A DNA stretch of 64,000 nucleotides from Octopus bimaculoides. Taxonomy: Eukaryota. Under the pieces are notes generated by a model. That model was not told the origin of the DNA, searched no databases, and saw nothing but the letters and a program-made list of their open reading frames with translations. Within the stretch, counting starts at the first letter, position 1. Every line of letters starts with the position of its first letter. The stretch lies in assembly GCF_001194135.2 (NCBI RefSeq), contig NC_068983.1, positions 124,435,664-124,499,663 on the forward strand, given 5' to 3'. Made by a program: the position numbers and the translations under genes. Below are positions 53,296 through 63,499 of the stretch, one piece after another.

Positions 53296-53850
53296 GAGTG
53301 AGAGCAAAGCATGCCATCAAAGTGAACACTGGAGTACAAATATACGAAGCCCAATATACCAACCATGACTACCCATCTGATAAGGGTACACGTGGCACAT
53401 GCATCGTAGCCATATGTGCACGACATGGTGATGTCCTATCAAGATAAACAGTGCATGACCCTGCAAGTGGGACCCAGTTAGAGTTTTCTTCAGGTCGAGT
53501 AGCCCATCCCGCTCAAAAGGTTCCCCAATAAGGTTTGTTTCATATTGAACGAAACACCCATGCATGTTTCCAGAGCTGAACTTTTCAAACTCCAAAGAAT
53601 TCCTCTCAACACATGGTTATGATGCCCCACCATGACTTCTTCTCGTGATCAGAGATGCACATATCGTCAGCTACGAAGAGACATGCTCATCTAGTTAAGG
53701 TTAAGTAACAACCTAGCAAATCTGTGGTATTGAGCAGAATATTTGCTACAGCCCATCTTTTATACCAAGACAACATATTTACATGATAGCACTTCCAATC
53801 AGCTAAGATCTGAAGCCATGTGAGCCACTGCCTGGTACTGCATCAAGGCA
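53296..53850 (-). mobile_element. ~555-bp non-coding interspersed repeat flanked by (TAA)n on both sides
   Basis: GC-richer block bounded by (AAT)n at 53272-53295 and (TTA)n at 53855-53878. Resembles an abundant octopus repeat I recall. No coding motif recognised. Strand inferred from the AAT tail. Confidence 0.55.
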
Positions 53851-53878
53851 TTTAATATTATTATTATTATTATTATTG

Positions 53879-54033
53879 AAGGTGGCGAGCGGGCTGAATC
53901 GTTAGCACGTTGGACGACTTTGCCATTCATCCTTCCGGGGTCGATGAAATAAGTTTCAGTTGAACACTGGGGTCGATGTAATCGACTCATCCCCTTCCCT
54001 AAAATTACTGCCTTTGTGGGAAAATTTGAAACC
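53879..54033 (+). mobile_element. SINE family A with internal deletion at GAC microhomology
   Basis: AAGGTGGCGAGCGGGCTGAATCGTTAGCACGTTGGAC|GACTTTGCCATTCATCC..AAAATTTGAAACC. Confidence 0.85.
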
Positions 54034-54195
54034 GTCCTGCATACAATAGTTCAGTGTCTGTGCATTAAAGAGTTGTGGGATTGTGTGGAGCACTTGTTGT
54101 CGCGTGTAAGATGAGTTCAGCTGTCTTCTGAGTGTATAGTGAAGATCGATGCACAACCTTCCTTTAGCAGAGAAGGAAGGTAGATCTTTCTCGAG
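54028..54195 (+). mobile_element. Tx1-like LINE fragment downstream of the zinc finger
   Basis: ETVLHTIVQCLCIKELWDCVEHLLSRV..IVKIDAQPSFSREG. Begins with GAAACC shared with the preceding SINE tail. Confidence 0.65.
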
Positions 54196-54462
54196 CAAGG
54201 GAGAGAGGAAGTGAGAGAGAAAGAGAGAGAAAGAGAGAGTGAGAGGAAGTGGCTGATAGGTATACGAATTCCTTTCTATTAAAGACCCAACCACACACAC
54301 ACAGACACATTTGTTTTAGGTCTTCTACCCATTTGAATTCGGCAATACGCCAGACAACATGTTAAGTCTTATATTCCGAGATTTAAATTTTGAATTTGTT
54401 TTAATTATAAAATTACACCTCAGCTAAAAGACATTTTTTGGTTTTCGAATACAACCTTTTCA

Positions 54463-54985
54463 TTCTCTTTCTATATTTTTTGCGAAGTTCCAGTTTCTCT
54501 ATTTTGGTCAAGATTTTTCCAATTTGTTTTTTCTTGTATCAAGTAATGGACGAAAGCGTTAAAAAAAATTCATTGAGCCGAACAAAACCAAAAATATCAA
54601 TTCTATTTTCCCCTTTCCTGAATACTAACAAGAGCATAGTATGAGAGAGATTTGGCGATTATTTCTAGTAAATTGAACAACCACACAGAGTTGTTCAAGT
54701 GGCTCATTTGTTGATGTGTATAAGTAAACAAAAACTAAAAGACACACACACATATATGAATGTATGTGTGTGTGGTGCGCGAGCGTGCGATAATAAGTGT
54801 GGTGTGGTGGAAATAAACGCAACTTTCTCTTTCTATATTTTTTGTTAAGTTACAATTTCTCTGTTTTGGTCAGGATTTTTTCAATTTCTTTTCTCTTCTA
54901 TCAATCAATGGACGAAAGCATTAAAAAAGAAAAAATTAAATTCATAGAGCCGAACAAAATCAAAAATATTGATTTTATTTTTTCC
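54463..54985. repeat. Diverged ~150-160 bp direct duplication, period 362 bp
   Basis: TTCTCTTTCTATATTTTTTG..TTTTGGTCA.GATTTTT..ATGGACGAAAGC.TTAAAAAA..GAGCCGAACAAAA at 54463-54612 and 54825-54985. Confidence 0.85.
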
Positions 54986-55184
54986 TGTTAGTTTTTACTT
55001 TCCTACATTATAATTCATTACCGCATCCTATATACTCTGTCCTTGAATATTAGGTATTTCAAAAATATTTTCACCTTTTAAACAAAAACTAATACATTCG
55101 TATATGGTTTCCAGTTGAAAGACTGAATAATTTTGGTGATTTATTGTTTTAACAACAAGTTTTAAAATATGGATAATCTCATGA

Positions 55185-56085
55185 AGGACGCAGCACGAGA
55201 GCGTCAGCGTAGGAGAGAACGGTTGCGCGAGGAACAGCGGGAGGAAATAAGGAATCGAAAGCGCGGGAGGATGAGATAGAAAAGAAACGAAATAAGCCAT
55301 GAGGAGAGGGAGCGTATCCTATGGCATAGGAGGGAAAGAAATCAGCCGAGGATAGAACAAGTGAGCCAGGACCGAAGAGAAGTGTATTTTCAAAACAAGA
55401 GAGATAGAGATCAACAGAATCGAGAACGCACAAGAGTCAAGAGCAAAGGTAGATGTGCTTAGAAAATATGAGAAACAGAGCTGGATCTCTCTCAGCATAC
55501 CAGCAAACCACAAAATCACACCAGCTAGCATCACAAACACCTCCAAGCTCTTCATATATATATATAGTAAATCCAGAAAAAGTAGAACAAATACAAATAA
55601 AGCAAAACAGCAGGAGGACGTTGTACATGTAAAGTATTAGCAGACGCCCAGGGAAGGAAAGAAAGATGGCTTAACGTTTCGAGCAAACGCTCTTCTTCAG
55701 AAACAGAGGGAAGTCCAATAGAAAGGAAGACGAAGGAAGAAAATCGCCAACGATTCACATGTGGTTACATTTTGAAACGACCGGAAGGGAATGGGTGAAG
55801 AAAAAGTTCTTTCTAAGACAGGAGAGTGTATAAAAAACAAGTGAGAGAGTTATTTTAGCGGGTTGCAGGCATTGGAGAGGAAATTTGGAAAGAAAACGGA
55901 ATAGAAGGGAGTAGAGGTGCTGGAGGAAGAAATAGTGAGAGGATGTGAATGTCGGTGTAGGTGTTGTGGGTAGCGACAAAAAGGAAAAGAGAAAGAGAAA
56001 AGGGAAGGAGAGTTGAAGAGAACAGAAGATAGGTTGAGGGAAGAGGAGTTAAAGAGGAAGAGTCACGACAAATTATAATGATTCA
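55185..56085 (-). mobile_element. PLE-like partial tandem: 3' region, pseudo-LTR with hammerhead, then the next 5' region
   Basis: Pyrimidine-rich minus strand. Hammerhead at 55669-55704. pLTR tail homologous to 40790-40882. Short TA tract at 55555-55565 followed by a further pyrimidine-rich block. No protein motif recognised, so the PLE call is inferred. Confidence 0.55.
55669..55704 (-). ncRNA. Minimal type-I hammerhead ribozyme motif (dimer type)
   Basis: GTTT-CTGAAGA-A-GAGC-GTTT-GCTC-GAA-ACGT-T-AAGC. Canonical core, 4-bp helix II, palindromic ACGT helix III, GUU triplet, 4-bp helix I with one G-U. Confidence 0.8.
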
Positions 56086-56159
56086 CAATCAAGGTGCTGA
56101 AATGGTGTATTCCGAATGAACAAGGTAATGTAACCCGATGGTAGTAGTCTAGAATTTCA

Positions 56160-56489
56160 ACAAGAAGTCTAGATCACACTATGTGATTTTACTTGTGAGG
56201 GTTACACAAATGAGGAGGTGTACAAGAAAAAAACCTCGCACACTGGAGGACTTAGAGACACGGATTCAGGACGTTTTCAACGATATCCCGGACGACATCC
56301 TTCAGAAGGCTGTTCATTCCATCCCTGGACGTTTGGTTGACACCACCGACGCTTGCGTTGAAATATGGAGATTTACTTTCATTTTCCCATGTAATAAAGA
56401 ACATGTATCATTTGTTTCAATAAATTTGTAAAAGGAATATGGATTTTATTACCAATTTTTAATGCCTACTTACTTTTCACCAAACCCTG
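56160..56489 (+). mobile_element. Tc1/mariner-superfamily 3' fragment (RSPDLTPCDF type, rosa/maT-like)
   Basis: Frameshifted RSLDH..CDFYL*G..EEVYKKKPRTLEDLETRIQDVFNDIPDDILQKAVHSIPGRL. Terminal CTTTTCACCAAACCCTG+TA. SINE A tail fragment follows (56492-56575). Confidence 0.8.
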
Positions 56490-57506
56490 TAGTTGAGTAC
56501 TGGGGTCGATGTAATCAACAAGCCCCCCCTACCTCGATCTTGCTGGTCTTGTGCCAAAATTTCAAATCGTTATTATTATATCTGGCTCGACTTAGAGTTT
56601 CATAGGCTTCTTACAGAAAGCTATCTAATTTAGGCTCAGAAAACCGAAAACTGTTTTAAATAATANNNNNNNNNNNNNNNNNNNNNNNNNNNNNNNNNNN
56701 NNNNNNNNNNNNNNNNNNNNNNNNNNNNNNNNNNNNNNNNNNNNNNNNNNNNNNNNNNNNNNNNNNNNNNNNNNNNNNNNNNNNNNNNNNNNNNNNNNNN
56801 NNNNNNNNNNNNNNNNNNNNNNNNNNNNNNNNNNNNNNNNNNNNNNNNNNNNNNNNNNNNNNNNNNNNNNNNNNNNNNNNNNNNNNNNNNNNNNNNNNNN
56901 NNNNNNNNNNNNNNNNNNNNNNNNNNNNNNNNNNNNNNNNNNNNNNNNNNNNNNNNNNNNNNNNNNNNNNNNNNNNNNNNNNNNNNNNNNNNNNNNNNNN
57001 NNNNNNNNNNNNNNNNNNNNNNNNNNNNNNNNNNNNNNNNNNNNNNNNNNNNNNNNNNNNNNNNNNNNNNNNNNNNNNNNNNNNNNNNNNNNNNNNNNNN
57101 NNNNNNNNNNNNNNNNNNNNNNNNNNNNNNNNNNNNNNNNNNNNNNNNNNNNNNNNNNNNNNNNNNNNNNNNNNNNNNNNNNNNNNNNNNNNNNNNNNNN
57201 NNNNNNNNNNNNNNNNNNNNNNNNNNNNNNNNNNNNNNNNNNNNNNNNNNNNNNNNNNNNNNNNNNNNNNNNNNNNNNNNNNNNNNNNNNNNNNNNNNNN
57301 NNNNNNNNNNNNNNNNNNNNNNNNNNNNNNNNNNNNNNNNNNNNNNNNNNNNNNNNNNNNNNNNNNNNNNNNNNNNNNNNNNNNNNNNNGGGGCTAAAAG
57401 CAACAGTAACATCCACCCCTAGCGGTCAGCCACACTTAAGTGGCAATATACTTCACTTTATCGTACAGTTACTGTTAATACCTCATTTAGAGAATTAACA
57501 TTGCTC

Positions 57507-57550
<44 letters not shown>

Positions 57551-57774
57551 CAGTATATATTAGAAAATTTAGATAAATACGTATAATTAGATTAGTGTGT
57601 TTACATGTTGAGTAGAGCATCGGCACAGTTTAGTCTACCTGTTGTCATCCGTAGTTGTGGTACACTTCCGTTGGACTTACTTCAGGAACTTCGCAGTGGC
57701 TGTTAAGGTATTAGGATTAACTGATAGTAGGAAATTGATTTCATATTAAACTTTTATTAGGTACAGTATATATA

Positions 57775-58166
57775 TCGACCCGTGGAGGCGCAAAGGCCCA
57801 GTGGTTAGGGCAGCGGACTCGCGGTCATAGGATCACGGTTTCGATTCCCAGACCGGACGTTGTGAGTGTTTATTGAGCGAAAACACCTAAAAGCCCCACG
57901 AAGTTCCAGCAGGGGATGGTGGTGAACCCTGCTGTACTTTTTCACTACAACTTTCTCTCACTATTTCTTCCTGTTTCTGTTGTACCTGTATTTCAAAGGG
58001 CCAGCCGTGTCACACTGTGTCATGCTGAATATCCCCGAGAACTACGTTACGGGTACACGTGTCTGTAGAGTGCTCAGCCACTTATACGTTAATTTCACGA
58101 GCAGGCTGTTCCGTTGATCGGATCAACTGGAACCCTCGTCGTCGTAAGAGATGGAGTGCCAACAAT
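57775..58166 (+). mobile_element. SINE family C, full-length tRNA-derived
   Basis: A box GGCCCAGTGGTTAGGG, B box GGTTTCGATTCCC, ~390 bp, tail GGAGTGCCAACAA. Confidence 0.88.
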
Positions 58167-59017
58167 GTTTCGACCCATCAGTCTGGGTCTCTTCAGGTAC
58201 ATTGATAAAGAAGTCTCACTAAATATTTTTTGAGTCAGCTGGCTTGTTGTTATATGCCCATCCAGTTTGAGAATGAATAAAAGTAATAAAATATTGTAGA
58301 AACGCAAAACATTCAAATATGAACGTGGAAAACATTCATTTCAGTTTAGATAAAATAACGTAATCAGCTTTCGTTGTCGTAACTGCTTAGAGGGAGAAGA
58401 AATTCAAATATGAATGTAGAAAACGTTCGTTCCAGTTTATATAAGATGACGTAATCAGAAGGTGAAAGGAAGATTAATACTTAAACAAGTATTATCATGT
58501 TCGTGCATACACACACACATACATTTACATACACACACTTACATATATACATACATTTACATATATACATACATACAGGCATATATATATATATATGTAC
58601 ATGCACACATATTCATACATATGTATACATATACATACATATACGTATACACATATACATATATGGACATACATATATACAAAAACTCATATATTTAGGT
58701 ACACGTGTGCATATAGACATACATATACATACACTAACATATATAAATATGCGTATACATATATAAATATGCGTATAGATACGTACGTAAATATTAATTT
58801 TACTTTCACCTCCAATTTTCTTCTCCCTCTAAGCAGTTACGACCGTGAAAGCTGATTACGTTATTTTATCTAAACAGGAATGAATGTTTTCTACGTTCAT
58901 ATTTGAATGTTTTGCGTTTCTACAATATTTTTTACTTTTATTCATTCTCAAACTCGATGAGCATTTGACATCAAGCCAACCATCACAAGAGATATCTAGC
59001 GAGACATCTTTATCAAT

Positions 59018-59062
59018 GTACCCGAAGAGACCCAGACTGATAAGTCGAAACATATATTGTAC
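59018..59062 (+). ncRNA. Hammerhead-like motif, right arm (degenerate; the left-arm copy at 57761-58200 is split by a SINE)
   Basis: Right: GTAC-CCGAAGA-GACCC-AGACTGAT-AAGTC-GAA-ACATATAT-T-GTAC. Left (minus): GTAC-CTGAAGA-GACCC-AGACTGAT-GGGTC-GAA-ACAT|SINE|..T-GTAC. Confidence 0.7.
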
Positions 59063-59412
59063 CTAATAAAAGTCTAATACGAAATTCACACACATACACA
59101 TATGTTTATATATATGAAACCTTTACTGCATTGGATCTTGAGCCTATAGTTGACTCTGGAATACGTGCCGGAGTGTGACTTAGCGCATACATCGGGATTG
59201 CATGCATAACTAGAGGGACACATTCGCATTTACTTTAATAAGTACGTGTGAGTCCGAACACATGTTAGTGCACACACGAATTATCCTCAACTCTACCTTG
59301 GTGCCTTTTGTTTTTTAAATACCATACATACATACATACATGCATACACACACACATAATAATGATGATGATGATGATAATACTAATAAAAAAAATACTA
59401 CTAATAATAATA

Positions 59413-60304
59413 TCAGAGGGGTTTATCATAGCAGCCCAAGATCAATGCCTACCTACAAAGAACTACCAGGCCAATATATTAAAGAACGGCAGCTCCCCAT
59501 TATGTCGTATATGCCAACAACAAAATGAGACCATCGATCATGTTGTCTCCATGTGCAGTCTGCTTGCGCCTACAGAGTATCTCAACAGGCATGATAGAGC
59601 TGCACAATATATTCACTGGGTAATATGCAAAAACTTGGACTTGCCCAATGATAAAAACTGGTGGGAACACAAACCACCCCCAGTACTTGAAAATGATCAC
59701 ATCGCACTCCTCTGGAACTTCACCATTCAAACTGACAGAAAGATAGATGCAAATAGGCCAGACATCATACTGAAAGACTTCAGACAACAATCATGCCTCC
59801 TCATTGATATGACTGTCCCAATCGATATAAACGTATCTGTCAAGACCGACCAAAAACTGAGCAAATATAAAGATCTTGAAATAGAACTTAGCAAAATGTG
59901 GAACCTGAAGACTAAAACAATACCTATTGTCATAGGTGCCCTGGGAATGACAGCCCAACGGGCTGATTACTACCTAGCTCAGGTACCAGGAAACCCCAAA
60001 ATGGCTGAAGTTAAAAAGATAGTGCTCATGGGAACTGCCCATATCCTACGTAAAATACTGTCTATGTGATCTCAAATTTTAAAACAAGCACATAATTTTT
60101 TTATGGTTTCTTAAACATTCTCTAGAACAACACTATGTACAAATCCAAATATATGGTACCCTAGGCATAACACCTACATGAACTTCTAACTTGTTGTCTC
60201 TTGTCTGGGTGAGACTTGGATCCAACTTGTAAAAATGCAAAAGAAAAGTCAGACATAAAATAATAATAACAATAATAATAACAATAATAATAACAATAAT
60301 AATA
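59413..60304 (+). mobile_element. 5'-truncated R4/Dong-clade LINE (CCHC knuckle and restriction-like endonuclease)
   Basis: 219 open codons SEGFIIAAQDQ..CRICQQQNETIDHVVSMC..YLNRHD..NRPDII..LIDMTVP..KLSKYKDL..IPIVIGALG to TGA at 60069. 3' UTR and (AATAATAATAAC)n tail at 60259-60304. TAA-rich 5' flank. Confidence 0.93.
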
Positions 60305-60375
60305 AAAATGTGACAAAGAAAGAATGAAAACTCAATTATTTATATATGTATTGCTTAGGACAATCAGCAAGTCGT

Positions 60376-60443
60376 CATTATATTACTCAGAGTTTCAAAT
60401 GCCGGAGCGAAGAGCTATGATGCATTCTCGTCGGCTATTAATG
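60376..60443 (-). ncRNA. Hammerhead-like motif (CCGACGA core)
   Basis: CATTAATAG-CCGACGA-GAATGC-(19 nt)-GCATTT-GAA-ACTC-T-GAGT-A-ATATAATG. Helix II 6 bp, same helix III as at 46.8 kb, GUA triplet, helix I 7 bp with a junction mismatch and a bulge. Confidence 0.7.
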
Positions 60444-60754
60444 GCAATAGATGCTATGAAAAATCGTTGAATAAAAAGGGAAGTTACTCTAATAGGTACA
60501 AAAGAGCGATAAAATATAAAAAATACACGCAACTATATTCTCACAATACATAGACATAAAACCTCCTGCGTTCATAACGGCTACATACGTACACACTCAC
60601 ACAAACATGTATATGTACATGCACATGCACACAGAAACATATATGTGCATGTATGTACTCATACATATCCACATATCCACACACACACACGCGCACACAT
60701 GTAGGTTAAACTAAAGCGTTTGACCCGAGCAAAAAAACAACTTGCTCTAAACGA

Positions 60755-60811
<57 letters not shown>

Positions 60812-63499
60812 NNNNNNNNNNNNNNNNNNNNNNNNNNNNNNNNNNNNNNNNNNNNNNNNNNNNNNNNNNNNNNNNNNNNNNNNNNNNNNNNNNNNNNNNN
60901 NNNNNNNNNNNNNNNNNNNNNNNNNNNNNNNNNNNNNNNNNNNNNNNNNNNNNNNNNNNNNNNNNNNNNNNNNNNNNNNNNNNNNNNNNNNNNNNNNNNN
61001 NNNNNNNNNNNNNNNNNNNNNNNNNNNNNNNNNNNNNNNNNNNNNNNNNNNNNNNNNNNNNNNNNNNNNNNNNNNNNNNNNNNNNNNNNNNNNNNNNNNN
61101 NNNNNNNNNNNNNNNNNNNNNNNNNNNNNNNNNNNNNNNNNNNNNNNNNNNNNNNNNNNNNNNNNNNNNNNNNNNNNNNNNNNNNNNNNNNNNNNNNNNN
61201 NNNNNNNNNNNNNNNNNNNNNNNNNNNNNNNNNNNNNNNNNNNNNNNNNNNNNNNNNNNNNNNNNNNNNNNNNNNNNNNNNNNNNNNNNNNNNNNNNNNN
61301 NNNNNNNNNNNNNNNNNNNNNNNNNNNNNNNNNNNNNNNNNNNNNNNNNNNNNNNNNNNNNNNNNNNNNNNNNNNNNNNNNNNNNNNNNNNNNNNNNNNN
61401 NNNNNNNNNNNNNNNNNNNNNNNNNNNNNNNNNNNNNNNNNNNNNNNNNNNNNNNNNNNNNNNNNNNNNNNNNNNNNNNNNNNNNNNNNNNNNNNNNNNN
61501 NNNNNNNNNNNNNNNNNNNNNNNNNNNNNNNNNNNNNNNNNNNNNNNNNNNNNNNNNNNNNNNNNNNNNNNNNNNNNNNNNNNNNNNNNNNNNNNNNNNN
61601 NNNNNNNNNNNNNNNNNNNNNNNNNNNNNNNNNNNNNNNNNNNNNNNNNNNNNNNNNNNNNNNNNNNNNNNNNNNNNNNNNNNNNNNNNNNNNNNNNNNN
61701 NNNNNNNNNNNNNNNNNNNNNNNNNNNNNNNNNNNNNNNNNNNNNNNNNNNNNNNNNNNNNNNNNNNNNNNNNNNNNNNNNNNNNNNNNNNNNNNNNNNA
61801 TATATATATATATATACACATACATATAATAAAATGGTGAAATTTGAATTCAAGGTAGAAGTTAAATAACATCTTCGTTCCATGATTGTTGTGATAGTTG
61901 GAAAGTGAAATTGCAAAATCTGCTTTAATACATTTTGAACATATATTTTGGAACATATTTATATAAATAATTAAATATTGCTAGAAGTCTTGCAGAGAAA
62001 GCTTTCAATTTCATCGTTTGATATAGTATCCGCTTTATATAATATAAGATTACAAATATATTCATATTGAATAGAATACAGACGTGCTGATATTGGAAAT
62101 ACACCAACTTTATAAGTATAATAGTTTAGTTCGAAATAATTCAATTATTTATTCATTATGGATTCAATATATTTTGCATGGTGATCAGGTTATTGCTTGA
62201 AACGGGATCGAATTAGTAATCCTCCTATAAAGAAGGGAAATCTTTAGATTTATAAACTAGATTTTGCTCAGTTTAATAATGATCAGATATATCAGTTTGA
62301 GATTTCTGTTTGTAGCTAGACTGACTGAAATAGCCAAATGCACCATTTATAACGAGCTAAAAGAATATCAGTAAACTATAGGTCACACCGTATACAAACA
62401 CGCGCACGTAGTTTATAAAGTTAGAGACAGGTGTTCGCTATATAGAATACACTTTGAAGTGCTCAAGAGATTTTAACTTGAGCCTGTAGGGGAGTAAATG
62501 TAATGACAAATAAGTTAGGCAAGTCGCTTTACACAGAGTATTAAATACATTTAATAGAAAAAAATGTACATGTATATAGAGATAAAATAGTCCGACTTAC
62601 AGAATATAAATCATATCAGGAGTTCTGAGTGATGAAATCATTAGTTTTCTGTAGTAGAAGTTCCATGTATATATCCCTTGGTGGTATGTAGGTATATGTA
62701 TATGTATGTATTTGTGAATGGATATGTATGTGTATATAATCAATGTGTACTATGCTATTCCTAAGTTTTCAGGTTCAAACACGCATATGCGTACACATGG
62801 GCCACCATGGGGTTCATAGATTACATTTATCAGATTATCGTATAAGAAATGGTAATCTGACGTCCCAAAGTAACTTCTAAGATATTTCCAGTGAAAAAAT
62901 GTCCTACATACTCAAGAATTCTAATCACCTCAGCAACATTTTAGATAACTTTATTTAGAATATATGCCAAACAGTCTCTAACTTTTCATTGAACGAGATC
63001 TTTAAGGAACATTCCATGTACTCTAACGACACATTAGCGTAGATTCAATGAGTAAAATCGAGGACAACAAACTCCTCTCAAAATATACAACAAAAGAAAC
63101 ACAAAGTGTAACATACAAATTAAATTGCGGTATAAGCCGTATAACCTACCATTTAACTGAGAAATAGGCCTACTAATAACAAAATTGTTCTACCTGCACA
63201 AAGAGTATTTCTCACTCGAACACATAAGATATTCAATAGGAGTACTGTAAAAATATATTTCTCCGTTGTTAAACCTTCAAAAGTTTATAGCGTATTCCAA
63301 TATCTCTAAACTCAACACTTCAAACACTCCATCTATGAAAAGCAACGACTGCAATTATACTAATCAGTTTCATTTCCCCACGAAGTATACCTATTCAATG
63401 AAAGACTATTCAGAATTACATCTGCCTCACATCTAATCGTTCAGAATTAGGTATAACCAGCAAATATAACCAGCAAAGGTTATCTTTCATCTCCAAATG

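Larger units (their letters stand above)
57738..59085. mobile_element. Second fold-back element with hammerhead-bearing inverted arms (older)
   Basis: Left arm 57738-58480 (split by SINE 57775-58166, with an internal ~55-bp duplication) is the reverse complement of right arm 58791-59085. CATA-type microsatellite spacer 58505-58790. Confidence 0.88.

Noticed and set aside
54545-54925. GGACGAAAGC resembling hammerhead helix II-GAAA in the duplicated block
   Set aside because: No upstream CYGANGA or GTCC partner in either copy.
57785-57860. tRNA gene-like A and B boxes in SINE heads
   Set aside because: No complete cloverleaf or acceptor stem. They continue into SINE bodies, so they are not called as tRNA genes.
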